Assembly: GCF_051097895.1 (NCBI RefSeq)
Contig: NZ_CP142525.1
Coordinates: 240,001 to 272,000 of the forward strand
Source: Psychrobacter sp. HD31
GTDB taxonomy: Bacteria; Pseudomonadota; Gammaproteobacteria; Pseudomonadales; Moraxellaceae
Length of the DNA: 32,000 nucleotides
Reading direction: 5' to 3'
Below the pieces are notes generated by a model. It worked only from the letters and a program-made list of their open reading frames with translations. It was not told where the DNA came from and did no database searches. Below, one piece after another: positions 1-9,150 of the stretch; the stretch's first letter is position 1; each line of letters begins with the position of its first letter. Position numbers and translations under genes: made by a program.

Positions 1-2295
1 ATCTACCTCAATTGCGTCATCCAAAAAGCGGTCTAACAGTACAGGGGCTTCGTTAGAGGCTTGTACAGCAGTTTTTAGATAATGCTTGAGTTCTTCTTCG
101 TTATATACAATTTCCATTGCACGACCGCCTAGTACATAAGATGGGCGTACTACTAATGGGTAGCCAACTTCTTTTGCTTGAACCAATCCTTCTTCTAAGC
201 TGGTTGCCAATGCATTTGGTGGTTGTATTAAGTTTAGGTCGTGAATCATTTTTTGGAAACGCTCACGGTCTTCGGCACGGTCAATGGCATCTGGGCTTGT
301 GCCAATAATCTTAACGCCTTCTGCTTCTAATGCACGCGCCAGTTTTAGCGGCGTTTGCCCACCGTATTGTACAATCACGCCATCTGGGCTTTCGATACGT
401 ACAATTTCTAGCACATCTTCTAGGGTAATTGGCTCAAAGTATAAGCGGTCTGATGTGTCATAGTCGGTAGAAACCGTTTCTGGGTTACAGTTAACCATAA
501 TGGTTTCATAGCCGTCAGCACGCATGGCAAGTGCAGCATGCACACAGCAGTAATCAAACTCAATACCTTGACCGATGCGGTTAGGACCACCACCGATAAC
601 CATGATTTTTTTCTTATCGCTTGGGTTTGCTTCACACTCTTCATCATAGCTTGAGTACATGTAGGCAGTTGAGGTTTCAAACTCAGCTGCACAAGTATCA
701 ACACGTTTGTAAACCGGATAGACACCTAAATCCCAACGTTTGTTACGTAGGTCGTTTTGCGATACGTTAAGTAAGGTTGATAAACGAAGGTCAGATAAAC
801 CTTTGCGTTTAAAGGCACGTAAAGTATCTGCTGTTAGGTTATCAAAACCAAGCTGTTTTACTTGTGCTTCTGTGTTAACGATGTCTTGAATTTGTACCAA
901 AAACCATGGGTCAATTTTGTTGATTGCAAACACATCATCAATACTCATACCAGCACGGAAGGCATCGGCAATGTAATAAATACGGTCTGGTGTTGGTACG
1001 GTCAATTTGTTTTTAATTTCTGCCAAGGCTTTGCTTGGCTCAATAGCGGCTAAATCAATTTGTTCATCAAACCCAGTTGCGCCTGTTTCCATGCCACGTA
1101 GGGCTTTTTGCATAGACTCTTGGAAGTTGCGACCAATTGCCATTACCTCGCCAACCGATTTCATTTGGGTTGATAAAGTATTGTCTGCTTGAGGGAACTT
1201 CTCAAAGTTAAAACGAGGGATTTTAGTTACGACATAGTCGATAGATGGCTCAAAGCTTGCTGGCGTTTTGCCGCCTGTGATGTCATTTTGTAGTTCATCT
1301 AGCGTGTAACCAACCGCAAGTTTTGCTGCAATTTTGGCAATTGGGAAGCCAGTTGCTTTACTTGCTAATGCCGATGAGCGAGAAACACGAGGGTTCATCT
1401 CAATAACAACCATACGACCATCGACAGGGTTGATACCAAACTGTACGTTAGAACCACCGGTTTCGACACCAATTTCACGCAATACGGCTAGTGAGGCATT
1501 ACGCATGATTTGATATTCTTTATCAGTCAAGGTTTGAGCAGGGGCAACTGTGATTGAGTCGCCAGTGTGTACACCCATTGGGTCAAAGTTTTCGATAGAA
1601 CAAATGATGATACAGTTGTCATTTTTATCACGTACCACTTCCATCTCATATTCTTTCCAACCAATTAGTGATTCATCAATTAATAGCTGGTGAGTTGGCG
1701 ACATATCAAAGCCACGAGTACAAATCTCGACAAATTCATCTTTATTGTAAGCGATACCACCGCCAGAACCACCCATGGTGAATGATGGACGGATAATGCA
1801 AGGGAAGCCAACTTTTTCTTGAATGGCAAAAGCTTCGTCCATGGTTTCGGCAATGTCTGCACGTGGGCATTCTAAGCCGATTTTTTTCATGGCTTGGTCA
1901 AATAGGTCACGGTCTTCGGCTTTTTCAATCGCATTTTTGGTAGCACCAATGAGTTCGCATCCGTATTTTTCTAATACGCCGTGTTTGTCTAAATCTAAGG
2001 CACAGTTTAATGCCGTTTGCCCGCCCATGGTTGGCAAAATAGCGTCCGGTTTTTCTTTTGCGATGATTTGCTCAACGGTTTGCCATGTGATTGGCTCGAT
2101 GTAGGTCGCATCTGCCATTACGGGGTCTGTCATGATGGTGGCTGGATTTGAGTTAACTAGAATAACTCGGTAGCCTTCTTCTTTTAATGCTTTACAGGCT
2201 TGAGCACCTGAATAGTCAAACTCACAAGCCTGACCAATTACAATTGGACCTGCGCCTATGATAAGAATGCTTTGGATGTCAGTACGTTTTGGCAT
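1..2295 (-). CDS. carB: carbamoyl-phosphate synthase large subunit, N-terminal 765 codons (3' end lies beyond the window start)
   Basis: Absent from the ORF track because its stop is outside the window. Manual translation from ATG at 2295 gives [45 protein letters not shown]... The frame stays open to base 1 (...[51 protein letters not shown]). These are typical CarB ATP-grasp sequences, and the gene lies in the same orientation as carA. Confidence 0.95.
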   Translation of the reverse strand, partial: MPKRTDIQSILIIGAGPIVIGQACEFDYSGAQACKALKEEGYRVILVNSNPATIMTDPVMADATYIEPITWQTVEQIIAKEKPDAILPTMGGQTALNCALDLDKHGVLEKYGCELIGATKNAIEKAEDRDLFDQAMKKIGLECPRADIAETMDEAFAIQEKVGFPCIIRPSFTMGGSGGGIAYNKDEFVEICTRGFDMSPTHQLLIDESLIGWKEYEMEVVRDKNDNCIIICSIENFDPMGVHTGDSITVAPAQTLTDKEYQIMRNASLAVLREIGVETGGSNVQFGINPVDGRMVVIEMNPRVSRSSALASKATGFPIAKIAAKLAVGYTLDELQNDITGGKTPASFEPSIDYVVTKIPRFNFEKFPQADNTLSTQMKSVGEVMAIGRNFQESMQKALRGMETGATGFDEQIDLAAIEPSKALAEIKNKLTVPTPDRIYYIADAFRAGMSIDDVFAINKIDPWFLVQIQDIVNTEAQVKQLGFDNLTADTLRAFKRKGLSDLRLSTLLNVSQNDLRNKRWDLGVYPVYKRVDTCAAEFETSTAYMYSSYDEECEANPSDKKKIMVIGGGPNRIGQGIEFDYCCVHAALAMRADGYETIMVNCNPETVSTDYDTSDRLYFEPITLEDVLEIVRIESPDGVIVQYGGQTPLKLARALEAEGVKIIGTSPDAIDRAEDRERFQKMIHDLNLIQPPNALATSLEEGLVQAKEVGYPLVVRPSYVLGGRAMEIVYNEEELKHYLKTAVQASNEAPVLLDRFLDDAIEVD

Positions 2296-2351
2296 GGTGT
2301 TACCTTTGGTTGAGTTTCTGGATTTTTATTTAGTGTTAATAATCGGTGTTG

Positions 2352-3233
2352 TTAATTTTTAACTCGTTTAAAATATTGCCCATCAAAACGATAAACAATA
2401 CGTTTTTTGGTCACTTCGCCCGAATAAAATTTATCAGAAGCTAACACAACAGGAAAGCTAAAACTATTATCTGATGAATTAAATTCAAACAGTTGACGGT
2501 TTATCTTATTGACATAAAGTGATGACGCATCATAAGAAAATGAAATTTCATCAGTATATCTTGTACGAGTTTTTATTAAGTTTGGATTGTTTAAGCTGTC
2601 ATTGTTTATTTGAAACAGTTTTATGGTAATGGCTCTATCTATGTTAGAACCAATAGCATGAGAGGCTAATACATAAATAGGACTGCCATAAGTCTGCTTA
2701 GCAGCATGTATAGTTGCTAGGTCATATAGTCTGCCAGCAACTTGGTTAGTTGACTCTTTATCTTCATTCAACAAAGATGCTTCATATAGCCCATGTGAGT
2801 TTCCATCATCATCAATGTATTGCACTAAAGCAGAGTAAAAGTGCATGGTGCCACCTGTGTTTTCATCCCAAGTATAAGCGCGAAATCGCTTATCATCACT
2901 GGTTTTAAACAATAACCCTTCTTTAACAGAGTGGGGAAACTGACATGCTATGCTATCAGCTTGCTGTGTATAACTAGTTAAAATAGAGGCAACTGATTGA
3001 TTGGCTGTTTCTGTTTTATCATAATCGGTTGTACTATTGTTAGCATAATTATAGCCAGAGGTCTCAAAACTTTGTTTTAAAGCCCGTGCAATTTTTTTAT
3101 CAACTTTGTCACAAGTTAAGTTTTGAGCTACTGTTTCAATTGTTTTGTTTTTTGCATGAGTCACATTGGTAGAACAGCCCATAAATAAGGCACATAACCC
3201 CATAACTAAAGACTGTTGTAAAATGTGTTTCAT
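2352..3233 (-). CDS. hypothetical lipoprotein (293 aa), no recognisable family
   Basis: ORF with a signal peptide plus lipobox (MKHILQQSLVMGLCALFMG-C-STN). It starts 5 nt after the carA stop and ends 56 nt before the carB start. It is AT-richer than carA and carB by eye. Confidence 0.65.
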   Translation of the reverse strand: MKHILQQSLVMGLCALFMGCSTNVTHAKNKTIETVAQNLTCDKVDKKIARALKQSFETSGYNYANNSTTDYDKTETANQSVASILTSYTQQADSIACQFPHSVKEGLLFKTSDDKRFRAYTWDENTGGTMHFYSALVQYIDDDGNSHGLYEASLLNEDKESTNQVAGRLYDLATIHAAKQTYGSPIYVLASHAIGSNIDRAITIKLFQINNDSLNNPNLIKTRTRYTDEISFSYDASSLYVNKINRQLFEFNSSDNSFSFPVVLASDKFYSGEVTKKRIVYRFDGQYFKRVKN

Positions 3234-3238
3234 TGCTA

Positions 3239-4423
3239 TTACTTCGCCATATTTGCTACAAACTTATCAAACAATGGGGCACAATCATGAGGACCTGGGC
3301 TTGCCTCTGGATGACCTTGGAAACTAAAAGCAGGTTTATTGGTTAACTCAATACCTTGATTAGAGCCATCAAACAGCGAGCGGTGCGTGACTTTTATATT
3401 ATCTGGTAAATTATCTTCATCAACCGCAAAACCATGGTTTTGTGAGGTAATCATTACCGTGCCGGCTTCTACATCTTGCACTGGGTGGTTAGCACCGTGG
3501 TGACCAAACTTCATTTTAATTGTTTTTGCACCACTTGCTAATGCCAATAATTGATGCCCTAAACAAATACCAAAAACTGGGATGTCTGTTTGAGTAATTA
3601 GGTGTTTAATGGCGTTAATAGCATAAGTACATGGCTCAGGGTCGCCAGGACCATTTGATAAAAATACGCCATCTGGGTTGTGTTTAAGTACCTCTTCAAT
3701 TGGCGTTTGAGCAGGCACAACGGTTACATGACAACCACGGTCTACAAGCATACGTAAAATATTCGTTTTAACGCCAAAGTCGTAGGCGACAATGTTAAAT
3801 TTTTGCTCAATATCTGTGCCTAACTCTTTAAAACCCTGACCTTTGCCGTCTTTATTTAATACCCAAGAGCCTTGTGTCCATTCAAAACCATCTTTATCGC
3901 AACAAACTTTTGCCAGATCCATACCTTTTAACCCAGCAAACGCTTTGGCTAAGGCAATGGCTTTTGCTTCATCAAGCTGACCATCTGCATCTGCAGTCAT
4001 GATGCAACCATTTTGAGAGCCTGTTGAGCGTAGTAGACGCGTTAGCTTGCGGGTATCGATATCTGCAATGGCAACCGTGTTGTGTGCTTTTAAATAGTCG
4101 CTTAATGATTGCTGGCTACGAAAGTTGCTTGTTGCCATGGTTAAGTCACGGATAATAAGCCCATTTGCCCAAACTTTATGCCCATCTTTTTTGTATATGT
4201 TGCCAGACTCGACATCTTGCTCATTGGTGCCTGTATTACCAATGTGTGGGTAGGTTAGGGTAACCATTTGTTTGGCATAACTTGGGTCTGTCAAAATTTC
4301 TTGATAGCCAGTCATTGCTGTGTTGAAGACAACCTCGCCAACGTTATGTCCACTAGCGCCAATACTCACACCTTTAAAAATAGTGCCATCAGCTAATGCT
4401 AAAATTGCAGGGGTCGTTGCCAT
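3239..4423 (-). CDS. carA: carbamoyl-phosphate synthase small (glutaminase) subunit
   Basis: [18 protein letters not shown]... followed by class-I amidotransferase motifs ([28 protein letters not shown]). The ORF track starts at GTG 4438, but ATG 4423 is preceded by GGAGA at about 9 nt and is the likelier start. Confidence 0.95.
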   Translation of the reverse strand: MATTPAILALADGTIFKGVSIGASGHNVGEVVFNTAMTGYQEILTDPSYAKQMVTLTYPHIGNTGTNEQDVESGNIYKKDGHKVWANGLIIRDLTMATSNFRSQQSLSDYLKAHNTVAIADIDTRKLTRLLRSTGSQNGCIMTADADGQLDEAKAIALAKAFAGLKGMDLAKVCCDKDGFEWTQGSWVLNKDGKGQGFKELGTDIEQKFNIVAYDFGVKTNILRMLVDRGCHVTVVPAQTPIEEVLKHNPDGVFLSNGPGDPEPCTYAINAIKHLITQTDIPVFGICLGHQLLALASGAKTIKMKFGHHGANHPVQDVEAGTVMITSQNHGFAVDEDNLPDNIKVTHRSLFDGSNQGIELTNKPAFSFQGHPEASPGPHDCAPLFDKFVANMAK

Positions 4424-4734
4424 TGTTTTTGTCTCCACAGTGTCAGTTGAATATATAGTTTATAAAATTTAGGAATCAAAAGCTATAAGCCATAAAAAAG
4501 CGAGAAAACCAAAAATGAAAATGATTATCTCGCTATTAATGTGAAGCTGATAAGTCGGGAAGTTTCATCGTAGGTTTCTCGCTTAGATATAGATTTTGTG
4601 CATTATACAAAAAATAGTGTTAGTTGGCTATATAAATAATGATAATTTTTGTAGATTGACTGCTCGGTTTTTGTTGGACTTGTTAAACTGTTGTGAGTAA
4701 TATGGATAAGCTTATTTTTATTAAGGAAGAATTG

Positions 4735-5271
4735 ATGATTTATAAATATTTAGACAAATCCCCTAAATTTGCCACACCTTTTAATGGTTGGGTGGCAGAT
4801 TCTGCAGTAATCATTGGCGATGTATACTTGGGGCAAAATGCCAGCGTTTGGTTTGGGGCGGTTATCCGTGGTGATAACGCTCATATTAGCTTGGGCGATA
4901 ACACCAATTTGCAAGAAAACTGTGTGATTCATACCGATGAAGGCATTGACGTTATGATTGGCAATGACGTTACCATTGGGCATCTTGCCATGTTACATGG
5001 CTGCACCATTGGTGATAATAGCTTAGTTGGCATTGGGGCAGTGGTGCTGAATAATGCCAAAATTGGTAAAAACTGCATAATTGGCGCTAAAGCTTTGGTT
5101 ACTGAGGGCATGCAAATTCCTGACAACTCTTTAATTGTGGGAGCGCCTGCAAAAGTAGTAAAAACGCTTACTGAAAAACATTTTGATATTTTAAAACGGT
5201 CTGCCCAAATTTATGTTGATAAATCTAAAAAGTTTAAAGAAGGGCTAACTGTGGTGGAAAACCCTTATTAA
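4735..5271 (+). CDS. gamma-carbonic-anhydrase-like / hexapeptide-repeat (LbH) protein, YrdA/PaaY family
   Basis: Left-handed beta-helix hexapeptide repeats (IGDNTNLQENCVIH, IGNDVTIGHLAMLHGCTIGDNSLVGIGAVV). The likely start is ATG 4735 (MIYKYLDKSP...), preceded by AAGGAAG. The track start at GTG 4693 adds 14 aa with no RBS. Confidence 0.8.
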   Translation: MIYKYLDKSPKFATPFNGWVADSAVIIGDVYLGQNASVWFGAVIRGDNAHISLGDNTNLQENCVIHTDEGIDVMIGNDVTIGHLAMLHGCTIGDNSLVGIGAVVLNNAKIGKNCIIGAKALVTEGMQIPDNSLIVGAPAKVVKTLTEKHFDILKRSAQIYVDKSKKFKEGLTVVENPY

Positions 5272-5358
5272 TTTTTTTTGATAATTTAACTTATAATAAT
5301 CATCCGTATTTTAACTTTTATTGATAATGCAAAGCGTGCATTAATTTTTGGATACAAC

Positions 5359-6042
5359 ATGAACACACAAAAAACCTTAGCTTTGTTTGATTTAGACCAT
5401 ACCTTATTAGATATTGATAGTGACTACACTTGGGGCGAGTACATTGTAAAAAAAGGGTTGGTGGATGAAGCCAAATATAGGCAAGCAAATGAAGCGTTTT
5501 ACCACCAGTACATTGCAGGCACTCTGGATGCGACTGAATATAACGAGTTTGTTGCATCCTTTTTAACTACCAAAACAATGGATGAGTTACTAGCATTACG
5601 GGCAGATTTTATAGAAACCGAGGTAAAACCACACATACGCCCAAAAGCGGTAGATGCGATTGCAAAGCATATCAATAATGGCGATGAGGTGGTTATTATA
5701 TCTGCCACCAATGATTTTGTGGTGGGTGGAATCGCTAAAGCTTTTGGTATTGATAGGGCAAACGTGTTGGCAACACCGTTAGAGGTTAAAGACAACCGTT
5801 ATACAGGTAAGCTGACTGATAAACCAAATTTTCAGGCTGGTAAAATTTACCATTTAAACAAATGGTTAGAGGCTAAAAAACAACAAGGTGTGGTGTTTGA
5901 TAAATCTTATGGGTATTCTGACTCTAAAAATGACATACCGCTACTTGAGTGGGCAGATGTGGCAATTTGCGTAACGCCAGATGATGTTTTAAAAGAAAAA
6001 GCTGAGCAAGTAGGGTGGCAAGTGATGGATTGGTCGCTTTGA
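5359..6042 (+). CDS. HAD-IB family hydrolase (phosphoserine-phosphatase-like)
   Basis: HAD motif I is DLDHTLL. Motif II-like is ISATN. Motif III/IV-like is YSDSKNDIPLL. Length is 227 aa. Confidence 0.8.
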   Translation: MNTQKTLALFDLDHTLLDIDSDYTWGEYIVKKGLVDEAKYRQANEAFYHQYIAGTLDATEYNEFVASFLTTKTMDELLALRADFIETEVKPHIRPKAVDAIAKHINNGDEVVIISATNDFVVGGIAKAFGIDRANVLATPLEVKDNRYTGKLTDKPNFQAGKIYHLNKWLEAKKQQGVVFDKSYGYSDSKNDIPLLEWADVAICVTPDDVLKEKAEQVGWQVMDWSL

Positions 6043-6068
6043 TTTTATGTGTATTTATGAGCTAAGCA

Positions 6069-6108
6069 TTCGATAAGGTGCTTTCAAAGCTCCTTATCGA
6101 ACTTTTAT
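6069..6108. terminator. hairpin terminator between the HAD hydrolase gene and the convergent ATPase gene
   Basis: ttcgataagg (6069-6078) pairs with ccttatcgaa (6092-6101), with an inner gctt/aagc stem, followed by cttttat. Confidence 0.55.
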
Positions 6109-6143
6109 ATCTTCACTTTTTCTCGGATTCTGTATAGCTATTG

Positions 6144-8600
6144 TTATAGGCTGGGTTTAGTTATCTCTTTCCGTTTTGCTTTAATTTCTTTATTAATCTC
6201 ATTGAATCTCTGAATTTCTTCATTTAGATTATCCAGACTTGGTTTTTTGACAGAGTATTTATCGCTATGAGAATGTCCTTCCATATATCTACAGCACTGA
6301 TAAAAACTGTCAAGAACCTTATCTTTTAATTCGTCATTAAATATCACAGCACCTAAACTATCAACACTTACTCTTTCTTTAAATCTCTGGACAACTCCAT
6401 TAAATAAACCAAATACAACAAGAGCTTCGTAACTCGTTCTTAGTGCCGCAAAACCACTTTTTATTTTATCTTCTCTAACTTTAGGTGGCAAATTCTTCGC
6501 TTCAGTGTAGTAAGCTTGAGCTTTACCTGAATTTTTGTATGCTTTTTCAAATGAAGGAGTATTATTTAACCAAATTTTACCTGGTTGACTGCCGTTTATG
6601 TTTTCAATCCAATGGCATTGCTTGGAAATTTTTAAATCCTCACAATGGGAGAATAAAGAAGAAACGAAAACCAAATCGTGTGTGAAAACTACAACTTGTT
6701 TTTGTGACGATTCTATTACAAGTCGTTCTGCAATTTCACTCTTTCGTTTCTCATCCAATGATGTAACAGGGTCGTCAAAAACTATCCTTCTGTTTACTTC
6801 CGATAACTGCATTTCTGCAAGAAAATCTGCAATCGCAATTACCTTTTGCTCTCCCTCACTTAAAACGATATTTGGATTTGTTCCTTTTAACTTAAGCTGC
6901 CTATATGATTTACCTGCCGAACCTGTATGATTGATGTCAATCCCAAAGTTTCCGTTAAGTTTCCGACATTCATCATTAAATATATCTATGTATTTTTGAT
7001 TGAAATACTTATTAGATAAAGTTTTTTCAGTATCTGTAATTGTACGTTTTGCAAAGTTAGCTTCCGTTGCTTTTTTAAGCCAAACCTGATTATCAACATA
7101 GGTTTCAAACTTTGAAAAATGGGTATTGAACTTTTTTTTGTGTTCTAAAAACGTTTTTTCTTTTAGTAATCTAGCCAACTGCTTTGTCTGCTTATCTTCT
7201 CTAATAATCTTTATGGATTCATCAATAGCCGTTTCAATATTGGTGTGTTGTATTGTACTGACTTTTATTTCATCTCTTTCGTTTTCTGTTTTGTTTTGAA
7301 TGTCGGAAACAATGTTTTGAGCAAGTGCTTTCTGTTCTGACAGTTTTTTCTTTAATTCTTCTAACTCATTAGGGTATTTTTCGGTCAGCCAAACAGTAAG
7401 TGTGTTGTCTTGAGGAAACAGGTCAAAGTTTAGTTGTTCAAACAATTGCTTTACCTTTTCGAGTGCTTCTTTTGCTTTCTTTGCATTTTCTTCGGCTACA
7501 CTCTTAATAAACTGCCAATAATTGGTAATCAATTTTTCGGCATCTTCTGAAAGTGGTTGCTGACATAATATGCAGTTATCTCCATTTTCGGGATAGGCTT
7601 CATTTGCAGACTTCTGTTTTTTGGCAAACGCTTTGGCTGCTAGGATAAAATCTTTCCATTCTTCTGTTCCTATTCCTTCAATTTGATCTGTTTTAAAGTT
7701 TTCAACTCCTTCAAATTTGGCTGTTGCAGCTTTTGCAATGCAGTCCGTAATTGCATCTTTGATTGTTGTCAGATAGTTTCTTTCAAAATATTTATTTAAA
7801 TTTTCTATTGAACTTTTGTTTTTGCCTAATTGCCTTTTGATTGCTTCAAGGTTCTTCAAATCTTTCTCTTTTCCTTTTGAAGCTAAAAGAAGCTCATCAT
7901 ATTGTTTCTGAATTTTTTCTTTTTCAACTTCATCTTCATCAGAATAAGGAGTGTGTTTTTTCAGGTCTTCAATGTTTGTTTGAGAATTTAGGTTCTGAAC
8001 AATATTTTTAATTTCTGATTCGCCATCAAATAAAGAAGAAAGGTCGTCTGCTGTGTTTACTGATTTTTTAGTTGCAATGTCGATATTTAGTTTTTTTTCA
8101 ACTCGAATGATGGCATTTGTATATTCGGCAAAGAAACTTAGTCCTGCTGGACGGAACTCAAATTCATTTCTCTCGGCAAGTTGCTTGAATAGCCCTTTTC
8201 CATCAAAAACTGCAAACTGACCAAACTCTGCATTATCTTTTTGTGAGTAGGATAACGGAATGTCTGCATTATTGGATTTGAAAGTGAATTTTGCGTTTAC
8301 GGGTTTGTGTCCGTTTTCAAGATGTATATTCTGTAAAATATCTTCTGGTGCTTTGGAGTAGAAGGTTTTTTTTAACAACCTGATATATCCTGATTTTCCC
8401 GAGCCGTTTGCACCGTATATAATAGTAAGGTTTGGATTAAAATCAATGGTTTGATTTTTTATTAAGGCGTTTACACCTTCCACATTTTCAAGTTTTGAAA
8501 GAAGTAAATCAGGTTTGTAATTATCTGCATTTTCTGAATTGTAGTTGATTGTTATTTCTGGTTTTTCTGTTGCTTCTTTTAATTCCAGTTTCTCAAGCAA
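6144..8600 (-). CDS. AAA_13-family ABC/SMC-like ATPase, RloC/PrrC-like candidate anticodon nuclease (818 aa as tracked from TTG)
   Basis: Walker A is GANGSGKSG (about 8388-8414). A long Lys/Glu-rich coiled coil carries CILCQQP (about 7563-7574). ABC signature is LSEGEQKVIAIADFLAE, Walker B is IVFDDPVTSLD, H-loop is VVFTHD. The C-terminal roughly 110 aa has LRTSYE (R-x3-E, 6426-6440) and MEGHSHSD (6265-6285). G+C is about 33%, versus about 40-45% in the flanks. Confidence 0.8.
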   Translation of the reverse strand: MLEKLELKEATEKPEITINYNSENADNYKPDLLLSKLENVEGVNALIKNQTIDFNPNLTIIYGANGSGKSGYIRLLKKTFYSKAPEDILQNIHLENGHKPVNAKFTFKSNNADIPLSYSQKDNAEFGQFAVFDGKGLFKQLAERNEFEFRPAGLSFFAEYTNAIIRVEKKLNIDIATKKSVNTADDLSSLFDGESEIKNIVQNLNSQTNIEDLKKHTPYSDEDEVEKEKIQKQYDELLLASKGKEKDLKNLEAIKRQLGKNKSSIENLNKYFERNYLTTIKDAITDCIAKAATAKFEGVENFKTDQIEGIGTEEWKDFILAAKAFAKKQKSANEAYPENGDNCILCQQPLSEDAEKLITNYWQFIKSVAEENAKKAKEALEKVKQLFEQLNFDLFPQDNTLTVWLTEKYPNELEELKKKLSEQKALAQNIVSDIQNKTENERDEIKVSTIQHTNIETAIDESIKIIREDKQTKQLARLLKEKTFLEHKKKFNTHFSKFETYVDNQVWLKKATEANFAKRTITDTEKTLSNKYFNQKYIDIFNDECRKLNGNFGIDINHTGSAGKSYRQLKLKGTNPNIVLSEGEQKVIAIADFLAEMQLSEVNRRIVFDDPVTSLDEKRKSEIAERLVIESSQKQVVVFTHDLVFVSSLFSHCEDLKISKQCHWIENINGSQPGKIWLNNTPSFEKAYKNSGKAQAYYTEAKNLPPKVREDKIKSGFAALRTSYEALVVFGLFNGVVQRFKERVSVDSLGAVIFNDELKDKVLDSFYQCCRYMEGHSHSDKYSVKKPSLDNLNEEIQRFNEINKEIKAKRKEITKPSL

Positions 8601-8642
8601 AAATGAATATGAAGTATCAATATCGTTATCTGAAATATCATG

Positions 8643-8753
8643 TCAAGACAAAACCTTTGCTGCAAGATATTTTGTCCAATAAGGAAGCGTATCAGCAAAT
8701 TTCTTCACTTCCGTTTCAAGTGTTTCTCTTTGTCGTGCAACGCCTTCATTCAT
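8643..8753 (-). other. 36-codon ORF (MNEGVARQRETLETEVKKFADTLPYWTKYLAAKVLS) ending in TGA 8643-8645, in the same frame as the ATPase ORF; probably its authentic N-terminus
   Basis: Checked codon by codon. ATG 8751-8753 is preceded by GGAAGGA at about 9 nt. TGA at 8643-8645 is followed in frame by HDISDNDIDTSYSF and then the TTG at 8600. The TTG has no SD, and there is no Met before the Walker A motif. Confidence 0.6.
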
Positions 8754-9150
8754 ATTACTTAGTCCTTCCACTTTTATGTCTTATTTTATATTTATTGTTT
8801 ATACCTTATTACGTTTATCAGGGCTATAAGTTATTGTAACTGTTTATTAAAATACTAATGTTTATTTAATTTATGTGCAAGCAGTTACTTAAATGAATAA
8901 CTCTAAATATGGTTGCCTACAACCTCGAGGGACGAGAGGCGACTGAGTTTTAAAAAATACACAGGCGTTAAACCCGCATATTTGCCAATTTAAAAAAGGG
9001 CGAGATGCCGAGGCTAATCGTCTTCTTATTTTGACTATATATTTCAACACACAATCCACAGCAATCAAATCACAAATCTGCTAAAATACGCTTCTTTTTA
9101 TTATTTTAATATTTCGCTTATTTATCAGCTTATTAGTATTTGGATGCATC

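Noticed and set aside
117-2104. Several 60-100-aa ORFs in the first 2.3 kb (117-308, 420-725, 862-1053, 1007-1192, 1680-1862, 1823-2104)
   Set aside because: All of them overlap the continuous carB reading frame on the minus strand, which explains the whole region.
8643-8645. TGA in the ATPase gene read as selenocysteine
   Set aside because: I could not fold any stable SECIS-like hairpin in the 40 nt downstream (only weak A/U pairings). Nothing in the protein context suggests a redox site.
8549-8839. 96-aa plus-strand ORF upstream of and overlapping the ATPase gene start
   Set aside because: It lies antisense to the SD-preceded 36-codon N-terminal segment of the ATPase gene. It encodes a Leu/Tyr/Phe-rich low-complexity peptide typical of AT-rich antisense frames and has no RBS.
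8911-8950. GC-richer patch with the palindrome cctcgagg (ggttgcctacaacctcgagggacgagaggcgactgag) at the right edge of the ATPase island, considered as a possible attachment site or RNA gene fragment
   Set aside because: I found no matching repeat at the other island edge (6043-6143) and no convincing fold or ORF. It is left unexplained.
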